Assembly: GCF_009914755.1 (NCBI RefSeq)
Contig: NC_060926.1
DNA: 64,000 nt
Strand: one strand, 5' to 3'
From: the human T2T-CHM13v2.0 reference genome, Homo sapiens
The notes under the pieces: model-generated
Database searches by the model: none
What the model was told of the DNA's origin: nothing
The model's input: the letters and a program-made list of their open reading frames with translations, nothing else
In this document: piece by piece, positions 33,863 to 48,239 of the stretch
Numbering within the stretch: position 1 is the stretch's first letter
Layout of the letters: each line of letters begins with the position of its first letter
Position numbers and translations under genes: made by a program

Positions 33863-36175
33863 AAAAAGTGTTTTTAACGTAAGATATGTCTTTTCTTTGA
33901 GTTAGTATTTATGATATAACATTGTCATTATATCTTTTGCTACTATGAAGGTATATTCTATATAAGTTATAAAATAAAATAGCAGGCCTGTCAAAAGTTA
34001 TGTTATTTTTCTCTACTAATTTTGAACAGAACTTCTGTTTTATAGTTGGGCAGCACATTTTTTTTTCTCCATCAGGTTGTATAGTACATGAATCGAAAGG
34101 TTTGAGAAAAATTCTGTTTTACTCAAAAGTCAGTTGATCATTTATTTTGTGTTTTCTAAATTTACGGGAGGCAGCACAAAATAAAACTAATGTTTTTAGC
34201 CATCTTATGTCAATTTTGATGATCACATCATCAATCCAACTCTAAGCTGTGTGGAATAATCACAGCTTTTATGCTTTTGAGTGCAGAAAGAGTTTGAGCA
34301 TTTTCTGCAAGCCGTAAGTACCTAAAGATGTGTAATCCATCTGTCTGATATCACCTGCCATGAACTGAATGGCTGTGGCTCTTCTCCAGTGCTGAATGAA
34401 AATGAAACAGCATGACAAACATGTCTTAAGGAAATTCTATGAAACACGGTCGCTTTCTTAGAGGAGAAAAAAAAAAAGGTTGATTTGAGGATTTGGTTTT
34501 GAACTAATTTTGATGTCTTTATTGACAATGAATGAAAAACACACTGCAATTGAAATGGGAGATCTGGGTTAGTATTGAGTCTGCTGCTAATGGTATGCCT
34601 GTATCATCTAACCTGTCTCAGCCTCAGTATCATTGAGGCACCTCAACACAGAAATGGCTGCCCTTTTCCAGATGGGAATAGCTAATTTATATTAATACAT
34701 ACATTTTACTTAATTGGATTCTCCTGGTTGGTTTTTGTTTTAGAAATAACATTAGGTTTAAAATATCTAATGTGGAAATCACCGAGTAATTTTCACAAAT
34801 TATTCTGATTTATCTGAGATGATATGGAACAAGGTGCCATCACAAAATCATGAAAAACTTTTTACAAATAAATAGTCCTTTACCTTCTTATTTACTTATC
34901 AAGGGCTGGAATAAAGAATTTGAATCTTGGTCAAAAGAAAGTAAAAACGTCTCGTTGAAATTCCCATACTGTTGTCTCTAAGTCCTCGGAAGATAGGCTA
35001 GTTCCAGACTCTCAGCTTTTCCCCTGCAAGAGAATTAGGGTTTGCCCAATATTTGGGTAGGCTGAGAAATTAAAGAATTTAGTGAGTAGAGTTTCTCATG
35101 GCTTCAATGACAATTTTGCTGTTTGGAAATCCCTCATAGTTCTTTCGCAGTTCTCTTTTACTTTTTTCCTCTCCTTTCTTGTACTCTGTGAGCTTATTAT
35201 ACAGAGTTCTTACATAATTTTATATTCACATTAGAGCAGACTTTAAAAATTAATTCTTACTGATGCCTTGGTGTGGAATATATATATTATTAATGATTAT
35301 ATGCACATTATAATTTATTAAAATACATAAAATTTAATATATCAAATTTTCTACAGAGCTATCTTTGCAAGGACAAAAAAGATACGAAAAAAATCTTAGG
35401 AGATGATCTCTTTAACTAAAAACCAAAAAGCCTGTGGATGAATGTGTGTAGGTAAAGCAAATACATCCCTTTGTTAACTAGTAAAAAGATTATGGTTCAG
35501 TATATCATATTTGAGGAATAAACTGCGGAACTCCAAATCTGGAAAGGATCTCGAAATCATTTATTTGGAAAATATTTATGGAGGGATTCTACGAATCAGT
35601 ACTCTGTTTGAACCAGGAACCCATGGTCACTTCCCTGGGGCTGAGAGTCCAATGTGGGAGGCAGATTTTTATACAGATAATTATAACACAGTTATATATG
35701 GCTGGTTATTGTCTGAAGTTCATAAAAAGTATCAATATGTTCATCCCAGGGAAGGGAGAGAGAGGTATGGTTTGGAGAAATTTCCCTGAGGAAGTGATAT
35801 TGGAGTAGGTTTTGTAGGCTAGTTGGAATTTGATTGGGGTCTTATGGTGGTAGTGGTTGGGAAAGGATTGGTAGGAAGACACATCAGTAGAGACACATTG
35901 AGCAGGTGGGGTGGGGGTGGCATGTGTGCAGATGCAGAGACAAGAAAGAGCATGGAGAGTTTGGGAGCAATGACAAGCAATTCATTATGGGTGGACATCA
36001 CCCTGCACAGAAGGGAGTGGTATGACATAAAACTCTAAAGTTAGGCAGGATAGATCACTGAGGACCCTGTACTACACACGAAAGTATGCCATGGATGGGG
36101 AGTGTTATGATCAATGTGAAGATTGGAAAGATGGTGGCAGTATGAAGCGTGGACAGGCAGGGAGTGATCCTAGAG

Positions 36176-37548
36176 CAGTAGTTTTCAAATGTTGTGGTTT
36201 CAGGATTTCTTTACACTCTTAAAATCATTCATGAACCCAAAGAACTTTTGTTTATCGGGGGACTTAGCTATCCATACTTACCATATTAAAAATTAAAATG
36301 AAAAAATGTAAAAATTCTTATTAACTAATAATAAGCACTTGTATGTTTATACAGACAATAGATGGTTAATGAAAACAACTATATTATTCAAAACAGAAAA
36401 AAATTTAATGAGAAGAATTTGTTTCACATTTAGTCAAATATCTTCATGTCACTTAAGAGAATACATTTAGATTTTCATAAATGCTTCTGTGTTCAGTCTG
36501 ATAGAATATGTTGTTTTATTGAAATATATGAAGAGAATTTTCACGCATATGTGTGGCTGGAAAAGGGAGTGTTTTAATTGCCTTTCCAGGTAACTGTGAA
36601 TATCCTTCTTTAATATCACGTCAAAACTCTACAAATGGTAGTTTATTAAATTAGTTGTGTGAAATCAAAAGCCATATCAATGAACTTTTGATTTATCTTG
36701 TCCTTTGAATAAGTCTTTTACCTAATCATGCACTAATTATTTGGAAAATGGCACATTGTTATGAAGGTCTTCCAGATTTTGACAAATTTTATTATATAAT
36801 ATCCAAAAATCGCATTTGTTACTATCACCACTAATGTCATGAGAAAAGTTGTAATGTATGGGTAGGCTGTCAAGCTCCCAGTGGCAGGTAAAAGTTTTCC
36901 CAAATTCCAATTTCCTCTTGAAAGCTCGAATTTTGACATTGACAACAAATGCTGTCATTTGCTTTTCCTGAAGTGACAGGCTTTCCCTTTGTTCATTTTT
37001 GAGAAAATGTGTGCCGAATACTCAAGTCTGAATAACCATAGTTTGTCAGTTATTCTTTCAAGTGAAAGTGGTGTTCCATGAAAAAAAGAAAAGTGGCTTA
37101 TTCAGCTCCTGACTCAATCACACAAGTGCTTTTCCTAGAGACAACTAGGACACTTCAGTATGCAGTCAAATACTTTATATATTCCTCCTATTTCATCATA
37201 CAGAATGTTAAAAATATGTATTTTTAGGATTGTGCTTGAATGAAATTAATATGTACTGCTTCATCAGAGATGTATTATGTGAACTGGCATTATTTTTCTT
37301 ACTGAGAGTGTGCAGCAATGAAGAAAATGCAGACTATGCCTATAGTTTGATGCTACTGCATTGATTCCTGCTAAAGCATTAGCAGTTTTAGCACATGCCT
37401 ATTGCTTTATCAGTGCAAGTGCCAAAACAGTGAAAAAAGACAAATGCCATTTTGGTATTATTACGAAAGTAGTTTAGAGCTCAAAGCTCCCACACAAAGG
37501 GCCCCAGGAATCCCCAGTTGTCTAAAATCTATACTTCGAGAACAACTG
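36176..37548. mobile_element. Charlie1-like hAT DNA transposon (non-autonomous) within L2-like sequence
   Basis: TIRs CAGTAGTTTTCAAA and reverse CAGTTGTTCTCGAA; 8-bp TSDs tcctagag (36168-36175) and ccctagaa (37549-37556). Confidence 0.8.
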
Positions 37549-38162
37549 CCCTAGAAGAAAGCAGTTAGTCACCACTCAATAGTCAAAAGAAGAGAAGTAA
37601 AAGATCTGACTATAGCTCTGGTACCAAAAGGCATGGACTTAGAAATCAGAACTGGATTCAAGGCCTGACTCTGCTGTGTTCCTGAAGCTTTTTTATTCTT
37701 TATAATTTCCCTAGCTGTACAATGGAGATAATCATAGTTCATACTTTATAGAGCTAATATAACATTTAAATGAGAAAATGAACCTAAAGGGTGAGCACAG
37801 TGCCTGGAATACATTAATAGTAGGCCATCAATAAGTTAGGGAGAAAAACCACAGCCAGAGGAGTGTATTTAATGCACAAGTATAGGAGAGAGAAAAACAA
37901 TGAGATTTTGTGACTGACTTGATAGGAGATGTGAATTAAAGTTATAGGGTTAAGCTCACTTCCAGGTTTCCAGCTTAAGCCACAAATCGACATTAACCCA
38001 AATAGAGAAATGGAGGTTTGTAAGGCATGATAATAAATTCTGTTTGGAACCTGTTCAGTTTGAGATAGCTGTGAGACATCTGGATATAGAATTAAAATAT
38101 GGATCTGAGACTCAGAAAGCTGTCTGGGCTCGGGTAAAGTTGATTAAGAAGTTACTGGATGA

Positions 38163-38325
38163 GTCTGGGCATGGTGGCTCATGACTGTAATCCCAGCACT
38201 TTGGAGGCTGAGGCAGGAGGATTGCTTGAGCCCAGGAATTCAAGGCTGCAGTGAGCTATGATCTTGCCAGTGCACTCCAGCCTAAGCTGCAAAACAAGAC
38301 CTTGTCAAAAAAAAAAAAAAAGAAA
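38163..38325 (+). mobile_element. FLAM/FRAM-type Alu monomer
   Basis: Single forward arm with A tail. Confidence 0.85.
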
Positions 38326-39109
38326 GAAAAGAGCAGTCACTGGTTGAAGCTGAAGCTAAGAATATTCACGGCATTGCCTAAGGAAAAAAAGTGAAAGGAT
38401 GATGAGTGAAGAGGCAAGACTCACACAACTACCAATTTTTAAGTAAAGGGAACAGAGAGGATGATAGACAATGAAGTTAGAACAATTACCTAGATGCCAA
38501 AGAGGAATTTCCAAGATGCTAATTAAAAGACATACTTGGGATTTAACAATTAGTCCAACTCTCTGCCTGTAAAATAAATGAAGAACAGTCCCAAAGAAGC
38601 TAAGTAATCTCCTCTAAAATGTCTACTGACAAACACAAATTATGACCTTTTCTATTATAGTTGACATATTTGTCTTGAATCTTACTATTATATGATTTGC
38701 TCTAAAAGATCTAAGCTGTATATAAATAACTACAGAAAAATAGATTTGACTAGTTCATTTCAGTTTTCTAGCCTCACCTATCAGTGTACTATGATGCTAA
38801 CATAATCTTATGAAAGTACTTGAAGCCAGCCAATACAATGAGTACAAGACTAATATTTGTTAATGAATCAGAATCTAGAAAAATAGCATTGTAAACATTT
38901 CGGATATGCTGTGGTGTTACTAAGGAAAAATTTATTTTTTTCCATTAGTCATGGCCTATGGGTTCTCATCTTGCCTAATTTTCCAGAACAGCAGACAGTT
39001 TGGCAAATTGTATTGGTCCATAACCTGTAGTATTAGTAGTGTCTCTCTTTCCCTCTCTCTGTCGGGATTTTTATGATTGTGTTGCAGTCAAAATCGATTA
39101 GTTCTGGTC

Positions 39110-39125
39110 TGTTTCCATGGAAACA
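39110..39125. promoter_or_regulatory. palindromic RFX X-box
   Basis: TGTTTCCATGGAAACA, a perfect 16-bp palindrome fitting GTHNYYATRRNAAC. Confidence 0.55.
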
Positions 39126-40619
39126 AGATTGTGTCAGAAGGCTGTAAATTTTTCATCTTTATGGATGGAAAGTTGCTGTATGTCATACAACTTGAGATAG
39201 CATTAAAAAAATCTGTAATGTATTTTCACGTCTTTGAGAAGGAGAGTGTGAGTTGCTGTGAAGGACTGGGTCCATTACTGAGGAGGGATGCTGTATTTTC
39301 TTGGTATCTACAAGAGACTATTATAGTAAGGGTATAAGGTAAAAGACAAGATTGACCGATGAATTACCTGTTGAAGAAAATTAGTTATTTTTCCCAGTGA
39401 AATTTTCACTGAGAGCTAATGATTGTCTGTTATTTACCATATATTCTCAGGCAGCATATGCACCCAACAGCATAAGATTTATCAAAGGCATACATAGAGC
39501 ACTCAGCACATTATAATGATAACCACTGGACACATTCCAAGGCAGAATTAAATACTATTTTCTATAATTTCAATAGTTTTGAAATAACACCTTAATCAGG
39601 GGGCTGTGAAGATTGAATAACAATAAACAAAATTCTATTGAATGATTACTATATCTCAGACACTGTCATGCCATATATGCATGTTAGCCCATTTAATCAC
39701 TGTTACAATTTCATGAGGTTGATACCATTAATATTTCCACTTTAGAGATCAAGAAGCTTAGGTGCAGGTAGACTAGATAAGACAAGGAGCCAAGATTTAA
39801 ACCTGTCTAGTTCAGAAAAAAAAAAAAAAAAGAAAAAAAAAAAAAAGCCTAGGTACCTAAGCCTGCAAAATGAGAAGATTCTTGATGTTTGCTGAAACAA
39901 AATTAGGATAAATCAGCTACCTTACTGGGAGGTTACTATGTATAAAGCCCTGTGTCAGGAATGAGTGGTATAATCTAAGAAATGTAGCAATATAGTCCTT
40001 ATCTTTATTTCCACATAGGAGATAAAGCAAACAGGAATGAATTAATAACAAACATAAAACCCACGTCTACTTTCACATGTATGCTACACACTTTGGAGTT
40101 ATTTGATGATAAATTAAAAACCTAGGCTAGCTTCTTCTATGTCAGGTACCTCTTGCTCTCAGTGTGTTGTCAAGGAAATCAGCATTACTATTAGTCTGAA
40201 TAAATCTATTGAGAAAGTAACTCTACAGCAAGGGTATCACTACGTTATAGCCAAACACAGATGAAATCTAGACCTTCTTTATGTTATTGTTCCGTTTCTA
40301 TTAGCTAAACACATGATTGCCAACATGTGTTAACTATTTAACGAGATGATCTATTTCTGTTTTTCTGTACCTGGACTCAATGTCATGGCTCTGAAAAAAA
40401 AAAAAAGCTTAGTAAAAAAAGCATGGGTTCATCTCTATCTTCAAGATAATTATCCTGGAACTAATTAATTTTTAGGGGTTGATATTTTCTGTGACTTCGT
40501 CCTTATCAGATAGTTATTAGCTTGAAGAGACAACTGCTAACTAGTAACAAAAATTAAGTCAACATTTTAAAGGACAAATCAGCATCACTGGATTTATTAT
40601 CTCTTTAATGTTTCTATTA

Positions 40620-41085
40620 AATGCTTGCAAAGTAAACTGTGTGTTTGACCCCCCAGTATTCATTCCATTCCAGATGTTTCCTTCAAGTCCCTTGCCCATC
40701 TTTGTTTAAGGACCAGGTATATGATCTAATTCTGGCCAAGGAAAGGTGAGGGGACTTCAGTCAAGTCATTGTCTGTAAAAAGTTTCTTCACTCCCAAGAA
40801 AGAGAACAAAGAGAAGATAGCATTCTCTGTCCTCTGGACCCTTTTCTATTGGGATAAAATACATGGCACTACTTCAGCCAAATTAAAACCAGAAGAGATG
40901 CCAATCTGAGAGCAAAGCTGACACACTGAGGGTGGCAGGTCACAGAGACATATTTACCCCTGGGCCTTTGATGGATCACTCAGCTTGTGGACCCGAACAA
41001 CCTCTGCACTGCTTGTTCTGTTCAATAAACATCTTTCTTGACTAAGACAGTTTTAGACAGTTTTTCTAGTTAGTTGCAGATGATA
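40620..41085. mobile_element. old MaLR (MLT1-like) LTR
   Basis: Decayed motifs attctggccaagga, aagctgacacactgagg, aataaacatc and ttagttgcag. Confidence 0.45.
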
Positions 41086-41321
41086 CACCAAATAAATAAA
41101 TAGTCTTTGGTCAGTTCAAAAACTTGACCAATTCAGAAGCCAGCTCACAACCAAGTACTCACCACATATTTGGATGATCTTTACCCCATACAGTCAGGTG
41201 AGCCATAGATCCAATTACCAAATAAATATAATAAAATTTAAAGTAAATACAGTCCAGGGTAATTTACTAAATAGACAGGATGAATGTCTCTCTTAAAAGA
41301 AAAATATATAAAAAACTCAGT

Positions 41322-41645
41322 TGCTGGGCGCGATGGCTCACACCTGTAATCCCAGCACTTTGGGAGGCCGAGGCAGGCAGATCACGAGGTCAGGAGATCG
41401 AGACCATCCTGGCTAACACGATGAAACCTCGTCTCTACTAAAAATACAAAAAACTAGCCGGGCTTGTGGCAGGCGCCTGTAGTCTCAGCTACTCAGGAGG
41501 CTGAGGCAGGAGAATGGCGTGAACCCGGGAGGCAGAGCTTGCGGTGAGCGAAGTTCATGCCACTGCACTCCAGCCTGGGCGACAGAGAGAGACTCTGTCT
41601 CAAAACAACAACAACAACAACAAAAAAACAAAAACAAAAAAAAAA
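41322..41645 (+). mobile_element. Alu (AluY-like) with (CAA)n tail
   Basis: Forward dimer, gagaatggcgtgaacccggg. Confidence 0.95.
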
Positions 41646-41882
41646 CTGAGTTAATCTCTCTTTCTTACATCAACAGCCTTTGGCATCATTCCATTCCCTA
41701 AGGTCATCTGTGCTATGTCTCCCTGTATGTATTTGCCTCTTTGGAAGAACAAACTGGTAGAGGAAGGAAGAAAACACCCCTCTGCCTTCTTTTGGTCCTG
41801 ATACAGCTGTCCTTGTTAAATAGTAGAGATTTTAGTTTATTTTCCACAAAAACAAACTTATACCCAGAAGTTGTTTAGTTAC

Positions 41883-42079
41883 CTTAGATAGTCACAGCAC
41901 CTTTTTCCGGAAAAGCTCCAGGTCCCTTCTGTGAATTATCTCATTTATTCTTACAATATCCCTAGAAGAGATTCTTTGCTCCTTTCCCAGTAAGCCACTC
42001 TACTATGAATCCTTGACAGGTATCTCATCCCTGTCAAACCTTGATGTGGCTTGGCTTCAGTTTTCTTGCTCCATAATCT
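41883..42079 (-). other. SCN3A: non-coding exon 2 (5' UTR, 197 nt)
   Basis: Acceptor tattctctttctacag|AGATTATGG and donor CTAAG|gtaact in non-repetitive sequence; resembles the recalled SCN3A leader. Confidence 0.8.
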
Positions 42080-43826
42080 CTGTAGAAAGAGAATACAGGT
42101 GAAATTAGCCTATAATCTTTGACATTTGGCATAGGGGTGCTCTGGCTCTGTGTCTGGGTTTTATTCCTTTTTTTTTTATGGCCCTGGATCGAGAAAGCAA
42201 GGATGATGCAAAGCAAGATATTTGACCCTTGTTAAAAGCATGCCCTAGCATGATTTAGGAAGAATGGGACCAGGAACCACTGCCAGGATCCTAGGGTTGG
42301 GACAGGGGTGCTCCCCCTTCTTTGGCAGCCTTGATCCATTTAGTCTTTCTGAAGGCATGCTGGCACTCCTGAGCATCCTTCTGTTCTTCCCTCTTGCTTC
42401 CTTCTCTCCTCTTCCCTCCTTACATCTTCCCCTTTGCTTCTTTTCCTCAAACATCTCAAAGACCAAAGAGGTAGACTAGTGGAACATGTGGTTCACATTG
42501 GTGTTGTAGGTCATTTTCTAGTTCCTTCTCCTCTCCACCTAAAACCCAGTTTGATTGGCTTACTAAAATAAGATAAATAAACCTATTTAGTAGCTTCTAA
42601 GAGTATATTTTAGACAAGCTGAGGTAAAAAGCCAGCATGCTAAATATTAACCTAAATGTAATAACCAGATGTCATACTTCTTTCCGCTATAACCAACAGC
42701 AATGGCTTAGCAGAGTTAAACCAATAATAATAATTTCAAAGGGCAATATATATAATTCTAAAATCAGTAACTGACATTTAAAACAATATTTACTGCAATT
42801 CATTTATACAATGCTCATAAGCCAAACTAGTCATGAATTCTCACCAGTAAATTTCCCTTGGCCACTTACCATAACAAAAAAACATTAAATCTCACTTTTA
42901 CAATTTTATACATGGTCTATACAATCTTTGTCTCCAGATGAACTCTCTCCTAAGCCATCATTTTTTTTCTCTATTCTGTTACCGGAGTGATGGTTTCAAA
43001 ACACATATCCTACCCTTGTTCAAATCTGTCAGTGGCTCTCAGTGACTCAGAATCACTTTAGCAAAGTATGGAAGTGCCTTCATGATCTGGCCTCTGCCTC
43101 TCTTCTCTTACCTCTCACCAAGTGGTAACAATAACACAAATGCTAATAATAATACCCATAAGACACACCTTGCATCAGAAATTGAGCAATAGATTGTTAC
43201 ATAAATTTATAATTCTTCAATAAATGTTAGTTCCCTCTACTTCACAGCCACAAGCTTAATAAATGTTATTTCCCTTGTCTTCATAGTACACAAGTAACTA
43301 AGTTTTAAATACTTTGACCTTCATCCTGAGCTATAATGAACATGATGTTAAGTATGTTAAATAACCAAAACATCAATTTCAATACATTTTTAAAATATTT
43401 GAGAGCTTTTTGCTGGGATGTGGAGGGGGATGAGGTAGGGAGGGCTGGATATCGAAGAGGGAATAAGGAGGAGCAGAAGGGTGGAGTTTGAAAAAGCATC
43501 CCAGAAGTTTCTGATTTGCTTGAGTTATCTTTCTTTTTCCTACCCTTATGAAAATTACTGATTTACAGATTGGAGAAAATATATTTTATGGCCTTGGCTT
43601 CAAAGAGGAGAGAGTATTTTTTTTTCTTTTTCAATCCCAAGTATCCATGGGAAATCGCAGTGATTCCTGCATGTGGATTAATACTTCACTTTAGGCCACA
43701 TACTTCAAACTGCGTTATATCTTAATAAGAGTTGCATCTCACTTATTTTTAAAAGCAGCCCTGGCTTACAAATTAACTATTATATAAAATTGGACTCTAA
43801 GCAATTCTGAACTTCAGTGAGCATAA

Positions 43827-44162
<336 letters not shown>

Positions 44163-45825
44163 TCACTTGTGCTACTTGTAAAAGATGCAGATTTCTGGAT
44201 TCAATTTCTGGAGATTCTGCAAAAAGTAGGTCTGAGGTAGGGTCGAGGGATCTGCATTTTTAATACACTCCCTAAGTGAGTTTTGTGCAAGCGATGCATG
44301 GATGACTATTTGAGAAAGGATGAACTAAAGGAATGAGTAAAGAATATGATCTGAGTGCTTTTGGCAATCAAGCCTGGAATTTTGGTGTAATGTCCCCAGT
44401 AACTAAGAAAAAATTGAAGCATATTGGATCACATGAATTTTGTTCTATTTTAGGAAAAAACAAAACAAACACATTTCCTAAAAGTTGTATATAAAAAGCA
44501 AACATTTTTCAAGAACTAAACTGAAGGGTGGAAATTTTGTTTAGGATATAGTATAAAGGACATGAGGCAACATGCTCAACAGACATCTTAAATTTTATTT
44601 TGCACAGATGTGTACAAGATGCAAAAAAGTCTTTCTCTGATGGTTGCAATTAGTTAAACTAAGTGAATTTCATTTAGAAGGTGATGAGATAAGATGGTCC
44701 AGAAACTTTGCTTTCAGATGACCTAATACATTTATTGGATCTGGAAATCCCCCAAAAACGGTTAGCCTGCATTTGAAATTATCTTAATAAAATTTCAGCA
44801 TTTTAGTAATTTAGGAGAAATTCTTTGGTTTTCAAATAAGGAAGTGATAGCTCAAACAGCATGATAGAAATTTTACCCTAAAAATGCTAGATGTCACCAG
44901 CTGAGGAATCTTAGACAAATTAAATCTTTAATTTTATTTTTCTTAACCCGTTTCTACTTAGTATTGTTATTAATGCTTATGCTAATATCAACAATTGAAT
45001 ATTCTAGAGGCAAGTTTGTATCCTCTTTTGTGGTTATTTTAGTTTATCCTGAAAATTTATTTATCCTTTAAGATCTTCTAGTTCCCAGTGTTGTAAAATT
45101 TTTGTCTTACTATGGCTCCATTATTTTTTAGCATCATTTTGCATCTTTACTCTTTATCTCTGGCCATGGAAGCAACTTTATTTTCTTTCAATTGTTTTTA
45201 TCTTCCTTTATACTGATGACATGATATACCTGCTTAAGAATTTTTCAGGTTACAACCATTTGTGTCATGCAGTAGGCTGTAAAATTCTGGCTGTTCAGCA
45301 TTTTGCACAAGAACAGAAGCAGATCCAAAGGTGGTCATGGAGGAACTCACAAGCTTTGCCATGAGGAAGGGACAGCTTTCCATCTAGGTGGGAATGTGGT
45401 TGGCTTTTCAACCTCTGTGATGAGGTAACAGTCTCAATTACCATCTGCTCACTTGGTTTTAAGACTTCAGGTCCCTATGAAAGAGGTAACTTCAAATGGG
45501 CAAATCACCAAGATATTAGAGGGTGAAATATTGAAATGTTGTCTAGGAAGCCAAGTTGTCCATTCAGTTCTTGGGGAGCTCCAGAGATTCTCCTTGTAGT
45601 AACTTCGATCACCTTCGTGGTGGTTCATGTTAACTTAAAGTCTGAGACTTCTTTCTTTCTTTGTGTTGTATAAAATTCATTTCTTCCTTTAAAAATGTTG
45701 AGCTCAGGAGGCTGAGAGCTAAGTGTACATTTTGAAAGAGTAAATTCATTAGCCTACAGTCCTTAACAGATGTATCACATACATTTTCTCCATTTTCCTT
45801 GTCTTGAGATTCCTATTGCACAAAG

Positions 45826-45956
45826 ATATATATATATAACTTTATATATATAACTTTATATATATAACATTTTATATTTATATATAACTTTATATATAAC
45901 TATATTTATATAAAACTTTATATATATATAACTTTATATATATATATATAAAACTT
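45826..45956. repeat. AT-rich minisatellite (TATATATAACTT)n
   Basis: Direct reading. Confidence 0.9.
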
Positions 45957-46194
45957 TGCATCACTTTTTAGAAGAGGTGAGATATAATAAATAAAAATCA
46001 AGTTCCTCTATGTGATTTAAAAGGCTTTTTCATTCTTTAGCATGATTCTATACTTCTTATAAACCATTTTTTTCTCAAGGACTATACTTAATTTTATAAT
46101 AAAAATAAATATTAAGAAATGAACTTGGAAGCACTGTATCCTAACATTGAAAATAATCTTTCAGGCCATCTAGTTTCATCAACCTAGTTTAAAG

Positions 46195-46365
46195 CAGTGG
46201 TTCTCAAAATTTAGCATCAGAATCACCGGGCTAACTTCTTGTTAAAACACAGCTTTCTGGGCTCCACCCCAGGTATATATGGCTGGGACCCAATTTTGCA
46301 TTTCTAACAAATGCACAGATAATGCTGATGTTGCCAGCCCAGGAACCACACTTTGACAATACCTA
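46195..46365. mobile_element. MER5A-like hAT element
   Basis: cagtggttctcaaa...gcatcagaatcacc...ccacactttga. Confidence 0.8.
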
Positions 46366-46589
46366 GCTTATTGAATCCAGGATTTTACGTTGTTTTTTTT
46401 TTTTTTTTTTCAGGTTAGAAACATGTATACTGGGCATATCACTTTCATTTTTGCAGTTTCTTAAAGATGACAATCATAGCTTCTTCAGTCTCATTTATTT
46501 ATTCATTTGATGCCCTATGGTGTAATTTCGCTGCACCTGGAACCTTGAAATGATTTACAGCAGTATTACACAGAAGCCTGCAATTGCTT

Positions 46590-47228
46590 TCAGTCTCCCT
46601 GCTGCCAGCCTGACTCCCATATAGCCTGTTTTTACCTTGCCTGTCAGAGTGATTTGAGAACATAGAAATCGAATCATATCATTCCTCTGCTCAGAAGCCC
46701 CCAGAAGCTACCCAGAAAAAAAGTCCCAAATCCTTACAATTGCCTAAAAGGCCTTATAATCTGTCTGACCTTTTGGTTATCTAGTGGAAGGCACCTCCTT
46801 CTATTCTCCTCCTCCCTCAGTTCTCTGTAGCCTAACTGGCTTCCAGCTGTCCTCTGTACCTGGAAGCACACACAGACTATTCCCTTATTCCAGTATGCTC
46901 TTCCTCTAGGAAGCTGAATGACTAACTCTTCTATCTCCTTCAAGTCTTGGCCAAAAGTTTACTGTCTTAAAGAGACCTGCTCACACTTCTCCTCTAATCT
47001 CTTACCCTGCTCTGATGTTTCCAAGTCACTTATCATTTTGTTAGGTACTATATAACTTACTTATAATGTTTATTATTCATTTTATGTCTCTCCTGGATAG
47101 CACAGAAACAGCACAGGGGCTGGAATATTTGCCTTTTTGGGGTCTATTTTCACCAATGAATCTCATGTGTCTAGAACAGTACACGCACATAGTAGTGCTC
47201 AATGAATACTTTTTTAAATCAATGAATT
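46590..47228 (+). mobile_element. L2 3' fragment
   Basis: Ends catagtagtgctcaatgaata...aatgaat. Confidence 0.7.
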
Positions 47229-48239
47229 ATTTAATTTTGGTTTCTGAAAAATTTAGTAGTTTTTTTTTTTAGATTTATTATTTGGAAATTCAGCCCAATC
47301 TTTAGAAACTCACATATTCTATTTATGGCAACATATTTTATAATAGCAATGTCTAGAAAAAATGAAACCATCCACTAATGGGGTATTGATTAAGTAAATC
47401 AGATAACTTTGTTTTGTATTATATAGATATTAAGATGATAAAACATAAAAGGACTCAATATAGGAAAAACAAAGTCAAACTTTATAGGCACTATATTTAT
47501 TAATTATGTAGCCTTATTTAATCTAAATCAAAATACATACATTACAATCCTCTTTACCTCAAAAATAATTATATAACTATGCCAAGTTTACTAGACTCTC
47601 TTGAAAACAAAGCAAATTGAAGACTGAATACTTTACCTAAAGTATTTCCCACTCTAAAATATCTTAGGAAGTAAGAATGATAATAGAGAACAGTGATTAA
47701 GCACTGGTCACTTATCAGGGACTGATTACTTCATTTAATATTCATAACAAATATATAAGATAAACATGATTGTTGTTTGTATTTTTTAGATAAGAAAACT
47801 ATAATGTTCAGAGGGGACAAGTAACTTGCCCAAGGTCACATGACTAGTAAATGTTGCCATCAAATTCTATAATTTTTTCTTTGGGAAAATTAATCAAAGC
47901 CTCTCTACAATGATCTTACCAATGAACCTCTCCAGCTACATCTTACATACTCTGTATATTTCCATTCCTTAAAAGACCTCAGCCTCTGACATCTGGCGTT
48001 CAAAAATGTTCACGCTGTCTGAAATATCATTGACCACCAACTGTCACCTCTTAAAATCCTACTAAAATTTTTACAGTAATTATATATATTCTATCTTCTG
48101 TTGTTATTGAAGATGTGCCTTATTGCTTCTACATTTATTATTAAATTCCTTGAGGAGAAGGATGTATTGACTACCTACCACAGTAAGCAGGGCATTATCA
48201 GATATATGGTGGATACAATTGCCCAAACAAATCTTGCAA

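Noticed and set aside
34322-34456. Possible 135-nt cassette UTR exon on the minus strand
   Set aside because: Good pyrimidine tract, but an AAG acceptor and weak GTACTT donor; not supportable without reads.
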